53,911 nucleotides of DNA from a virus (taxonomy: Duplodnaviria > Caudoviricetes). The DNA lies in the IMG/VR virus record IMGVR_UViG_3300032272_000018, positions 1 to 53,911 of that record, one strand, 5' to 3'. Position 1 is the stretch's first letter. Every line of letters starts with the position of its first letter. Positions 36,413 through 44,284 of this stretch are shown here, one piece after another. The position numbers and the translations under genes are program-made. The notes under the pieces are model-generated. The model did no database searches, was not told the origin of the DNA, and saw only the letters and a program-made list of their open reading frames with translations.

Positions 36413-36874
36413 ATGAGTCTTTTTCGAGTGATTATTGCGGCCCTGTTCATTTGTACGTGGCCCCTGTCTGCTCATTCCGGCGATATGGAAGACCCGTTCC
36501 CGCCTACCGGTCTCGACAGGATAGAGGACAAAATGGACACGTTGGTTGACAGTGTTCATAAGATTTCTGAAAATGTCGCGCTAGGACAACAAGAGATATC
36601 TTTAATAGGTAAATCGTTTGAGAAGGAACAGGAAAAAAACGATAAGCTACGTGAAAGCGTTTTGGATATTAAAGACAGGGTTGTGGTTGTAGAAATTTCG
36701 TCGAATGCGAATACTTCCGAGATACTGAGTATGAAGACGATGTTTCTTTCATTTATTTCTGTGTTGACCGGAGTAATTGGAACCGCTGTAGCCGCCTATA
36801 TCAAGTCGAAAGCGACCGAACGAAACACCGAGCAGGCAAAAAGGATCGCTGATGCTCAAGAAAAATTTAAATAG
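36413..36874 (+). CDS. Membrane protein, holin/XhlA-like
   Basis: Signal-like N-terminus, coiled coil, C-terminal TM segment (FLSFISVLTGVIGTAVAAYI). Confidence 0.5.
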   Translation: MSLFRVIIAALFICTWPLSAHSGDMEDPFPPTGLDRIEDKMDTLVDSVHKISENVALGQQEISLIGKSFEKEQEKNDKLRESVLDIKDRVVVVEISSNANTSEILSMKTMFLSFISVLTGVIGTAVAAYIKSKATERNTEQAKRIADAQEKFK

Positions 36875-36876
36875 GT

Positions 36877-37476
36877 ATGATGAAAATGATTGACAAAGAA
36901 GATGTGATGAAGATCGCCCCTGCAATTATGGGGGTATGCAATTGGAGCCTGCTGTCCGCGCTGGTTGCCGGTGTGGAGTACATGCCAGAGAACGAGGTGA
37001 AAAACTACGTAAGGGCTGCTGTTTACGGTTCGTTTCTTGGTGCATCGGTTATTGGTTATCTTGGCCGGAAAAAAAGAGCCAACGCAAAACTCTACAACGA
37101 CCGAGTTTACACTCACGACTCTGACTCCGGGCGAATTCCGCACATGGGGTATATTGCACGAGTGAATGTGCCTAACCTGCTCGTCAACCCCTGGGCCGTT
37201 CTTTCCCCTATCATGGCAGATGTTGTTCGCCTGTGCATGATAAACGGAAGCCTGTCATGCACCCCTAAAACGGTAAAATGGCTATCCTCCTCGGATGGTG
37301 TCCGGTGGAACATTGATCCTATCGGTTGCAACGAGGTAGTGTCCGGGCAGGCTGCTGTGCATCTGCGCAAGGTTATAGGTCGGCTGAACACTGCGGAAAC
37401 ACTTACCCAGCAGCAGCAGGATATGAAGGACGGCATTAAAAAGATGCTGAAGAACGGCCTGAAGATCGAAGAATGA
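36877..37476 (+). CDS. Hypothetical membrane protein
   Basis: Two N-terminal hydrophobic segments; last gene before the terminator. Confidence 0.55.
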   Translation: MMKMIDKEDVMKIAPAIMGVCNWSLLSALVAGVEYMPENEVKNYVRAAVYGSFLGASVIGYLGRKKRANAKLYNDRVYTHDSDSGRIPHMGYIARVNVPNLLVNPWAVLSPIMADVVRLCMINGSLSCTPKTVKWLSSSDGVRWNIDPIGCNEVVSGQAAVHLRKVIGRLNTAETLTQQQQDMKDGIKKMLKNGLKIEE

Positions 37477-37494
37477 TAACCTACGCAAAGACAC

Positions 37495-37535
37495 AAAAAA
37501 AGCCGCTCCTTATGGGGGGGGGGGCGGCTTTTTTT
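37495..37535. terminator. Bidirectional intrinsic terminator
   Basis: A7-GCCGCTCC...GGGGCGGC-T7 between convergent modules. Confidence 0.85.
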
Positions 37536-37603
37536 ACGAAATGTAATAATCGCCTATCAGTTCATTGCGCAAGATCGTTTATTTTCCACCCATGATGCTT
37601 GCA

Positions 37604-37804
37604 TCATTTTGACACGGTTGTTGCAAATCCACCGAGAGGGCACCTCTTGTTTTTCCAGACTATACACTTATACACGTTAACCTCTTCGGTGTAGGTAAAT
37701 TGCTCACAATTGCCGCACATCGAGCCGTTAATCCGGTATCCCATTTCTTTTTTTCTCTCCGGCACAGTAGTGAATTTTCCTTCTTTCTCGGCCTTTTTTA
37801 TCAT
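37604..37804 (-). CDS. Small Cys-containing hypothetical protein
   Basis: ATGA-coupled; CGNC...C motif. Confidence 0.55.
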   Translation of the reverse strand: MIKKAEKEGKFTTVPERKKEMGYRINGSMCGNCEQFTYTEEVNVYKCIVWKNKRCPLGGFATTVSK

Positions 37805-38088
37805 TTCTTAATCTCTTCAGTTTTTTTAACCGGATCAACCTGTTTCACCGTCCTGTAGGTCATTCTGCCCTTGACCTCAACCAGTTCCACCCTGACATTG
37901 ACTGGGACTTCAGCCTCCGACTTGCAAAGCGCGACCGCAACAGCGGCCCGTAACACACCACGCCCGTTTAGATGCTTAACCGGTTTACCGAGCGTTCCTG
38001 CGTCGCAATCTATGCCCGTTGACATGATAGCAAGGAACGCAAGTAGTAATAGCCACCACGGTGACCTTTTTTGTCTCGATTTAATCAC
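37801..38088 (-). CDS. Hypothetical membrane/secreted protein
   Basis: GGAGG RBS; hydrophobic WWLLLLAFLAIM. Confidence 0.55.
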   Translation of the reverse strand: MIKSRQKRSPWWLLLLAFLAIMSTGIDCDAGTLGKPVKHLNGRGVLRAAVAVALCKSEAEVPVNVRVELVEVKGRMTYRTVKQVDPVKKTEEIKK

Positions 38089-38413
38089 GTTGCTTCCTCC
38101 TGCTGATCTCTCTCATCATTGTTCCGGATGGCTTATGCCACCTGATCTTCGTTGTCTGTCTACCAGCCGGTGACCGCATACACAACTGCGTAAACCACCC
38201 GTACCAGACAGCGTTGAAGCCTTGCCTCCTTGCAGAGATAAAGTAATTCTCTACACAGTCAAGGATTTCTTTTGCTTTTCTCCGGTCCGGTACTCCTGAG
38301 TTGCTGAAGTTGTCAACAAGGTGCTGCTGCAAGTCTTGCTCTGTCAGTGTCCTTGTATGGCAAGGAACTGATCTCTTTCCTAGCCATTTATGGCTTCTTA
38401 GAAATTCAAACAT
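38081..38413 (-). CDS. Hypothetical protein
   Basis: AAGGAG RBS; operon context. Confidence 0.6.
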   Translation of the reverse strand: MFEFLRSHKWLGKRSVPCHTRTLTEQDLQQHLVDNFSNSGVPDRRKAKEILDCVENYFISARRQGFNAVWYGWFTQLCMRSPAGRQTTKIRWHKPSGTMMREISRRKQRD

Positions 38414-38434
38414 GATTTTAATCTCCTTTTGCTT

Positions 38435-39223
38435 TTATTTTTTCCTCAACATGCGCCTTATCTTTTCGACACGTGCCGCTACTGTATTAACCTTATCACT
38501 ATCCCTGTCCGCCACCACAGCTTTCTCTTTTCTCCCGCGCGGCTTGATCTTCACCGGTATAGGGATGAGCTTCGGGACAAACGCATTGCAGTATGATCCT
38601 GACTCCGAAGCCTCCTGATAGAAAGAATTCCCGCCAATCTTCTTGATCGGGGCAAACACATTTGACCATGCAGGAAGTGACTTCATTCCTGTTTGGTGGT
38701 AATGGGTGATCCTCTTGTCGGGAGAAGTAGTCCTGCTTAAGAGGATAACCTTTCTCGCCTGAGCCAGAGCTTTTGAGAATCTCTTGATGTCAGAGAATCC
38801 TATTTTCGGCCCTCCGTCTTCCCATACAGAGTACATGGCCTTGTATTTATTCTCCTTCTTGCTATACCCCCACTTCAGGAACTCGTCCCGCATGGTGGTT
38901 CCGCATACCTTCGCCCTGTTCCTGGCCGAGTCGGTCACCGCCAGTTGAGCCTCAATATTGTTGTCTAGGTAAGCCTCTCCTGGGCGTGTCGCTGAACCAA
39001 AGAGGGTTAGGGCTGTGACGATGAGCTCTTCATCGTTGATCTCCTGTTGACTTTGACTGAGCCTTATGAGCTTTGATTGCCACTCAACAGAAGATTCTAC
39101 CTTGGCCGCCGCCGTTTCGTGAAGACGATTTCCGACATATCCAACATGCGTCCACGAGAGCCACCACGCTGCGACGCAGAACACTATCACCCATGCATGC
39201 TTGTTCATAAAGGCAAGCATCAT
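38435..39223 (-). CDS. SleB/Hydrolase_2-like cell wall hydrolase with an N-terminal TM anchor
   Basis: ALTLFG.A...GE...QLAV....NR, YSVW, ITHYH...P.W...IGG.SFY motifs. Confidence 0.65.
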   Translation of the reverse strand: MMLAFMNKHAWVIVFCVAAWWLSWTHVGYVGNRLHETAAAKVESSVEWQSKLIRLSQSQQEINDEELIVTALTLFGSATRPGEAYLDNNIEAQLAVTDSARNRAKVCGTTMRDEFLKWGYSKKENKYKAMYSVWEDGGPKIGFSDIKRFSKALAQARKVILLSRTTSPDKRITHYHQTGMKSLPAWSNVFAPIKKIGGNSFYQEASESGSYCNAFVPKLIPIPVKIKPRGRKEKAVVADRDSDKVNTVAARVEKIRRMLRKK

Positions 39224-40056
39224 TCTACCTCCGGTACGAGAACAACTGGTTTAGAAACATAATCCCCTCTTGATGTGTTATTTTCCCCTCCAGAGGTGAG
39301 ATCGTCACCGACCGATACATAACTGTTTGGAGCAGTAAACGCTGTCTTCAGGACATCAGCCCCGAAGAACCAGGGAGCAACGGCCTGTCCAAACCCTAAA
39401 GTATCTTTCCATGCCCCAGAAATAACCCCGCCCCATACTTCATGTGCGCTTTTTGGCGGAGCTGGGGGAGAGTAAGTGGCCTCCCGATTGATATTTGTCC
39501 TTGGCATTCGGGTCCGTGACCGGTGAGATCTGTCTGAGCCGGTTGAGCCAGCAGAGTTAAAGAAGAAGTTCTCCACCGTGGACCCTGTAAAGTTCAGGGT
39601 GACACCCATATTGGACTCCGGTTGTGTCTCGCCATCGCTGGCACCTGTAACGAACAGGGATCGACACAGGTCATCTGGTGGGTACTCGCAGTCCCCTGAT
39701 TGGCAGTTGAATCCGTTGAAACACTTCTCCCTCAGCTTGGATTGATCTTCCTTGCCTGCTTGCTGCACCGGCTTGGCTGCCGGGCTGCTTTTCCTAATAG
39801 CTACCCTCTTTGTCTCCTCTTCCTGGCGAATAATTTCCAGCTGTATCTCCCTGTCAAGGGATCGGTAGTAATCTTGGTCTTTCTTCTCGGCGTACTGGGC
39901 GGCCCTGCGTTGGTCTTGCTGATCGCTCCACACCCTTAGCTGATGTGAGTATTGAATTTGAGCCGGAGACGGGAGGGCTTGATTGCTGTTCAGTGAGCAT
40001 CCAGAGAGCAGGAGGATGGCTGTGGCGGCCATCAGCTTAATTGGTACCTGTTTCAT
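39220..40056 (-). CDS. Lipoprotein, hypothetical
   Basis: Lipobox LLLSG-C after a basic/hydrophobic signal. Confidence 0.65.
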   Translation of the reverse strand: MKQVPIKLMAATAILLLSGCSLNSNQALPSPAQIQYSHQLRVWSDQQDQRRAAQYAEKKDQDYYRSLDREIQLEIIRQEEETKRVAIRKSSPAAKPVQQAGKEDQSKLREKCFNGFNCQSGDCEYPPDDLCRSLFVTGASDGETQPESNMGVTLNFTGSTVENFFFNSAGSTGSDRSHRSRTRMPRTNINREATYSPPAPPKSAHEVWGGVISGAWKDTLGFGQAVAPWFFGADVLKTAFTAPNSYVSVGDDLTSGGENNTSRGDYVSKPVVLVPEVE

Positions 40057-40550
40057 TAGATATCTCCGCCGGATAATCGTGAATCGCTGGCAGCCATGAC
40101 GATATTAATGTTCTTGCCATACTCGATTTTTAACTGCTCAATGAAGTTATTCGCTGTTTCATGCCTGCGCTCAAAAGGCACCCCCTTATTTAGTGCCAAT
40201 CTTCCGTATGCCCCGCAATTCACGACTAACGTTCCGTCGAATCTCTCTTCATCATCTGTCATGCTAATGATTATCTTCGCTGGTTCAGGAAGGGACATGG
40301 ATGCAATCTCAGCGTCGCCTATACTGAACCATTCCCAGAGTTGATGATTGCCAACGTGCCATCGCCCTTGACGGAAAGTGAAGGATCTGGAGTATGCTTC
40401 TTCGATTTCAGCTGGGCTTGGCTTCCTGTCCATGTCTCCGATAGTCTTTATAATCAAGCTCCATTCATCATGGCACTGATATGTTTGCTCTTCCTCGGCC
40501 CCACCAGACAGCCCAATCCAATTTGAAAATCTTTTAAACCAGTTGCTCAT
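40056..40550 (-). CDS. Hypothetical protein
   Basis: AAGGAG RBS; coupled to its neighbours. Confidence 0.6.
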   Translation of the reverse strand: MSNWFKRFSNWIGLSGGAEEEQTYQCHDEWSLIIKTIGDMDRKPSPAEIEEAYSRSFTFRQGRWHVGNHQLWEWFSIGDAEIASMSLPEPAKIIISMTDDEERFDGTLVVNCGAYGRLALNKGVPFERRHETANNFIEQLKIEYGKNINIVMAASDSRLSGGDI

Positions 40551-40882
40551 GATAGCTCCTTTATGTTATCCATGAAATTTCTACTCCAGTCAACCCGTAC
40601 CCTCTCTCTCTCAGGGATGACCCTTTTCCCGTAAAGAGTATTTATAACCCTTGTCTTGCCGGTGAAAGGATGAAATGAGCACAGGTTATCTATGGTTACT
40701 TTCTCTTTGTTCCTCATTGTGCTCGCGATAACATTCGCCATAGAGGCAAGCACTCTTTCGATATACTTCACCTCTAGTTCTCTCCCCCACGCACCTCCAT
40801 CCATATCTACGCTTGTGGCGGTGGCTAATTCCTTTCTATTCATGGCTACGCTTATGGCGGTGGCTAATTCCTTTCTATTCAT
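40547..40882 (-). CDS. HU/IHF-like DNA-binding protein with a duplicated first helix
   Basis: MNRKELATAIS start, EKVTIDNLCSF...R..N...G...IP.R.RV pattern; start re-called. Confidence 0.75.
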   Translation of the reverse strand: MNRKELATAISVAMNRKELATATSVDMDGGAWGRELEVKYIERVLASMANVIASTMRNKEKVTIDNLCSFHPFTGKTRVINTLYGKRVIPERERVRVDWSRNFMDNIKELS

Positions 40883-40886
40883 GGCT
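40807..40886. repeat. 39-bp tandem duplication (1 mismatch)
   Basis: 40807-40845 versus 40846-40884. Confidence 0.92.
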
Positions 40887-41864
40887 CCCTTCCTGTTTGC
40901 CTTCCTTACTTTCCCCGAAAACATCCGGCCATCTCTTCCGAAACTCCTCATGCAGCGGAGCCATGACCTCCCGCATAGACGGATCAGCAGCTTTCGAGTC
41001 TCGCTGGCCGAAGATGTGCCTCCAGTTGTCAAGGTTTGTGTAGGCAATTAGCTCTGTCTTTGTGGAATTCGGCAGCACCAGCCGTGCTTCTTGCGGACAT
41101 TGCCCGCGAAGAATATTGTCCGAGTAATCACTAGCTGCGGAGCTCATAGACCTTTCCCACTCAAGACGGTATCGGGATTCATCTCCAAAAAAAACTGGCC
41201 TAATGAATTCCATATCATTTGTCTTCACATACCGCTGCGACTCTTGCAGGAAAGAGCAGTCGCGATGCCTGACAAGCTCATGAGAAACAGCCCGGTTCAC
41301 AACGAACTTCGCAGCTACGTACTTGTGCTTCGAATACATCAGCGGGTCTGAAGCCAGCATTGACTCCCAGTCGCTTTCGTCCAAAATGGCGATAGCTTCG
41401 AGGTTAACCCAGGTCTTCAACGGTTGGCTACGCTTGCGGAATATCGGATGCCCGTCCATGAAGTTTATCTTCCGGTATAACCCCCTGGCAATTGCAGATA
41501 ATTCAAATGCCTGCTTATCATGATATAGGTCTCTGAATGTCCTCACACTACCAGTTATCAATAAAGCGTCTTCGCTTAATATTGACACCTTGAGAAACTT
41601 GACAGGCTCTGCAAGCAGGAATAATCCCAAAAAGCTGGACATTGTTTCCTGGTCGCCTTTTACCAGCATGCTCACTGTGGACATTTCAAGAACAGAATTA
41701 TGCCCGCGTGTTATCACTTTCTCGCAAAACGGCTCGGCTGAGCCTGGCTTAATCTTGTCTTCCGATTTATAGCAGATCCGCCCGCACCGCTCTATCCTTT
41801 CTGGCAGGGTGAGCTTTGCTAATTCATCTTCGATAATTGTTGCTGATGCTGTAATTATTTTCAT
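40875..41864 (-). CDS. thyX: FAD-dependent thymidylate synthase
   Basis: GRICYKSE, GHNSVLE, RAVSHELVRHR..SFLQESQRY and EARLVLPN motifs. Confidence 0.95.
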   Translation of the reverse strand: MKIITASATIIEDELAKLTLPERIERCGRICYKSEDKIKPGSAEPFCEKVITRGHNSVLEMSTVSMLVKGDQETMSSFLGLFLLAEPVKFLKVSILSEDALLITGSVRTFRDLYHDKQAFELSAIARGLYRKINFMDGHPIFRKRSQPLKTWVNLEAIAILDESDWESMLASDPLMYSKHKYVAAKFVVNRAVSHELVRHRDCSFLQESQRYVKTNDMEFIRPVFFGDESRYRLEWERSMSSAASDYSDNILRGQCPQEARLVLPNSTKTELIAYTNLDNWRHIFGQRDSKAADPSMREVMAPLHEEFRKRWPDVFGESKEGKQEGSHE

Positions 41865-42262
41865 CGCTCCACGCCTCTCAATTTGTCGGCAACAAGCTGC
41901 GCATACCCTGCAATATCAATCCATGAATCGTCGTGATCTGGGTCTCCGTTAAGGATCCTTCCGATTTTGTGAGCATTCATCTCTAGCGCTTCCTTTTGAT
42001 AAGGGGCAAGTCGCTTCCAGTTTGAAGTATCACGCATTACATCTTTCAGCGCCTGTGTTATATCTGCGTGCTCTGAGAACTTACCATATCTCACCCCCCT
42101 CTCCGTGAGGGTGTCGGTCACGGATATGCCTTCTAGAAGTGAAGGCTTGGCGGACGCTTGGTCTTTTGTCACTGGAGGGACACCTGCTGCTGGCAAAAGC
42201 TTCTTCCTTTCTTTCGCCGCCGCCTTTGCCGCTTCGATGTTAGGGTCTGGATCGTAATTCAT
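41861..42262 (-). CDS. DUF6378-family protein (all-alpha NTP pyrophosphatase-like)
   Basis: ERGVRYG.F, QKEALEM..HKIGRILNGDP...DSW.DIAGYA; start re-called to the RBS-supported ATG. Confidence 0.8.
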   Translation of the reverse strand: MNYDPDPNIEAAKAAAKERKKLLPAAGVPPVTKDQASAKPSLLEGISVTDTLTERGVRYGKFSEHADITQALKDVMRDTSNWKRLAPYQKEALEMNAHKIGRILNGDPDHDDSWIDIAGYAQLVADKLRGVER

Positions 42263-42283
42263 TGTGTTTCCTCTTGGTATCAA

Positions 42284-42508
42284 TTAGAAGTTATACCCGC
42301 ATTCAATCAGCACCGTTTTCGGTAGCAGCAAGGCATCCCGCACCTCATTGATGCTAAGTTTTTCGTTCAGGATGACCATCAATTCATCCCCTAGCTGTTC
42401 GCTCCCGCTTCCGTTGATGCACACGCCAGCGAGCCTCGAATGGTTGCCTTCGGCGATATAGTACTCGACTCCTTCTGTTGTCCAAAGGATGATCGCTGTC
42501 TTCACCAT
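42284..42508 (-). CDS. Hypothetical protein
   Basis: Start re-called at MVKTAII with a GGAG RBS. Confidence 0.55.
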   Translation of the reverse strand: MVKTAIILWTTEGVEYYIAEGNHSRLAGVCINGSGSEQLGDELMVILNEKLSINEVRDALLLPKTVLIECGYNF

Positions 42509-42588
42509 TAAATATTCTCCATTGATTATTATTAACTTCATGATCGTTCGGCTACAATTCTAATAAAAAAGCGACAACATTTACCATC

Positions 42589-42628
42589 TTCTACAAGCGC
42601 CTGTGTGCCAGCACAGGCGCTTGTAGAA
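42589..42628. repeat. 17-bp perfect inverted repeat with a 6-nt loop
   Basis: TTCTACAAGCGCCTGTG / CACAGGCGCTTGTAGAA. Confidence 0.9.
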
Positions 42629-42709
42629 CCACGTAAATTTAAGCGAATCCTTGAATAAAGAGGTAATCACTGTTCGCTCCCGCCTCTGCGGTATTGCCGC
42701 TTTTTGTTT

Positions 42710-42925
42710 CTATTTGCCGTCTTCTCGGCGCTTGTTTTCGCATTCACTTGAGCATCCAAGCTGGTCAAGATAATTGACATCATCACGCACCATGTCGCAA
42801 TTCATCTTCACCGCATCAGAAAATGTACATTCACCAGATTCAAACGTATCCATCACTGGATCAATACCTAATCTATGCTTATATTCGGAAACCCATCTTT
42901 CTTGCTCGTCTGTGTAATCAACCAT
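42710..42925 (-). CDS. Small acidic hypothetical protein
   Basis: 71-aa ORF downstream of the promoter at 43037. Confidence 0.55.
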   Translation of the reverse strand: MVDYTDEQERWVSEYKHRLGIDPVMDTFESGECTFSDAVKMNCDMVRDDVNYLDQLGCSSECENKRREDGK

Positions 42926-43008
42926 GACTGTCTTCGTACTGGTCAGTAAACCCAGCCAGTTTTCTCCTTTTTCTTGTTGACGTTTATAATTCCGTAACTC
43001 ATGAGAGG

Positions 43009-43038
43009 AATATAACCAAATTATACAGGAGCGTCAAG
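43009..43038 (-). promoter_or_regulatory. sigma70-type promoter
   Basis: TTGACG-17bp-TATATT; 21-bp core shared with 52876-52896. Confidence 0.65.
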
Positions 43039-43060
43039 GGATATTTTGCATCCATGTTCA

Positions 43061-43615
43061 TTATTTTTTAGCCACGGAATAATATGCAGGCTCAAAGTTA
43101 TATTTTTTATATAAGGCGGACAGCCGCTTAGTCAGCTTCTGCCCCGGAGCTGGAATCCTCCTTCTCTTGGTAGGCTTCTTCTGCGCATATCCCCACCAAG
43201 GAGGCAGCTTCCCTTCGTTTTCCATAATGAGATACCCCAATGCCTCATAGTTCGATTTCTTGATAATCAAATCTTTTGGTTTCGTGGAATGGTGCAGGTA
43301 ATTAGTATGGATATTGCTCTCTATGTAATCAGCCATTGCCCGGAGGATTCTCGGCTGATCCTTATACGGAACCCCGAACCTGCGCATGGAATCCTGAGAC
43401 AGGGAGCGATTTACTGCCGGGTGAAGGGCGGCCCGGCACAGCCCTGTCTGGTGGTCATGGTCAAGATGGGAGGTGCTGGCGGTGATCTCCCATCCGGACA
43501 CGGGGCAAACCCCGCCTTGCTCTTTCACCAGCTTGGCCCGCAGTTCATTAGCATCTTTTTGTGAATTGAGCTGGATAAGGTTTCCTTTGCTGAGAGCCTC
43601 ATTGTTTGATTGCAT
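43061..43615 (-). CDS. Recombination endonuclease VII-family nuclease
   Basis: EQGGVCPVSG...HLDHDHQTGLCRAALH..VN and L...ADYIE motifs. Confidence 0.85.
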   Translation of the reverse strand: MQSNNEALSKGNLIQLNSQKDANELRAKLVKEQGGVCPVSGWEITASTSHLDHDHQTGLCRAALHPAVNRSLSQDSMRRFGVPYKDQPRILRAMADYIESNIHTNYLHHSTKPKDLIIKKSNYEALGYLIMENEGKLPPWWGYAQKKPTKRRRIPAPGQKLTKRLSALYKKYNFEPAYYSVAKK

Positions 43616-43660
43616 TTTCTTTCCTTTTTATTTTGAGTTATATTATTGTTATAACTCACG

Positions 43661-43726
43661 ATGGCATTATAATGGCATCTAAATGGCGATTTAGATGTTG
43701 ACCCTAATGGCGATTCGGGTTATATT
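43661..43726 (+). promoter_or_regulatory. Rightward promoter with overlapping operator-like repeats
   Basis: TTGACC (43698)-17bp-TATATT (43721); ATGGC at 43661, 43672, 43683 and 43707; two palindromes with an AATGGCGATT core. Confidence 0.65.
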
Positions 43727-43824
43727 GTTTTTATCAGATCAAGAACACATCCTGATCGGAAACGCTTCCTGGTCTGGTGCCGAAGCAAGTAACACAATTA
43801 ACGTGAAAAGTAAAGGATGAGCGT

Positions 43825-44046
43825 ATGGCAAACAAGAAAAAGAAGGCTGCGTACAACGTGAGGCGGATTAGGGATTTCCGGGCCAAGGTTATGAGGCTTG
43901 AAGAGAAAGTTAAAGCTCTTGAGCGATTAAATTGGATACTGGGTGATGTGATTATGGAGCTTGAGGACGTGTTGGAGAATGCTATCTATAGCGACGATGG
44001 AATTGAGTGTTTGAGGGAATGGATAGAAACCGGCGAGTGGCCGTAG
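43825..44046 (+). CDS. Small coiled-coil protein
   Basis: AAGGA RBS; first gene after the promoter. Confidence 0.6.
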   Translation: MANKKKKAAYNVRRIRDFRAKVMRLEEKVKALERLNWILGDVIMELEDVLENAIYSDDGIECLREWIETGEWP

Positions 44047-44059
44047 GAGGGCGAATAGG

Positions 44060-44284
44060 ATGATAATGGAATATGAGCTGAAGAACCACCTCCCGAAGGT
44101 GAAGAAAAAGGAGGGACCGGAAGTGATGAAAATAACCATAACGGTCCCAAGGAAAGACATCGAAGATATTGACAAGGCCGTGAGGCTTTGCGGGCGTGAG
44201 GGAGACACCCCGACAGCTTACGGAAAGGCTTCTGTCGCTGTAGCGGCGAAAAAAGCCAGAGAATTACTTAACAACCAAACATGA
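44060..44284 (+). CDS. Putative ribbon-helix-helix regulator
   Basis: MKITITVPRKDIEDIDKAV strand-helix pattern; AGGAGG RBS. Confidence 0.55.
   Translation: MIMEYELKNHLPKVKKKEGPEVMKITITVPRKDIEDIDKAVRLCGREGDTPTAYGKASVAVAAKKARELLNNQT

Noticed and set aside
42943-43002. 19-aa leaderless peptide downstream of the 43037 promoter
   Set aside because: The geometry fits, but it is too short to support without conservation or translation data.
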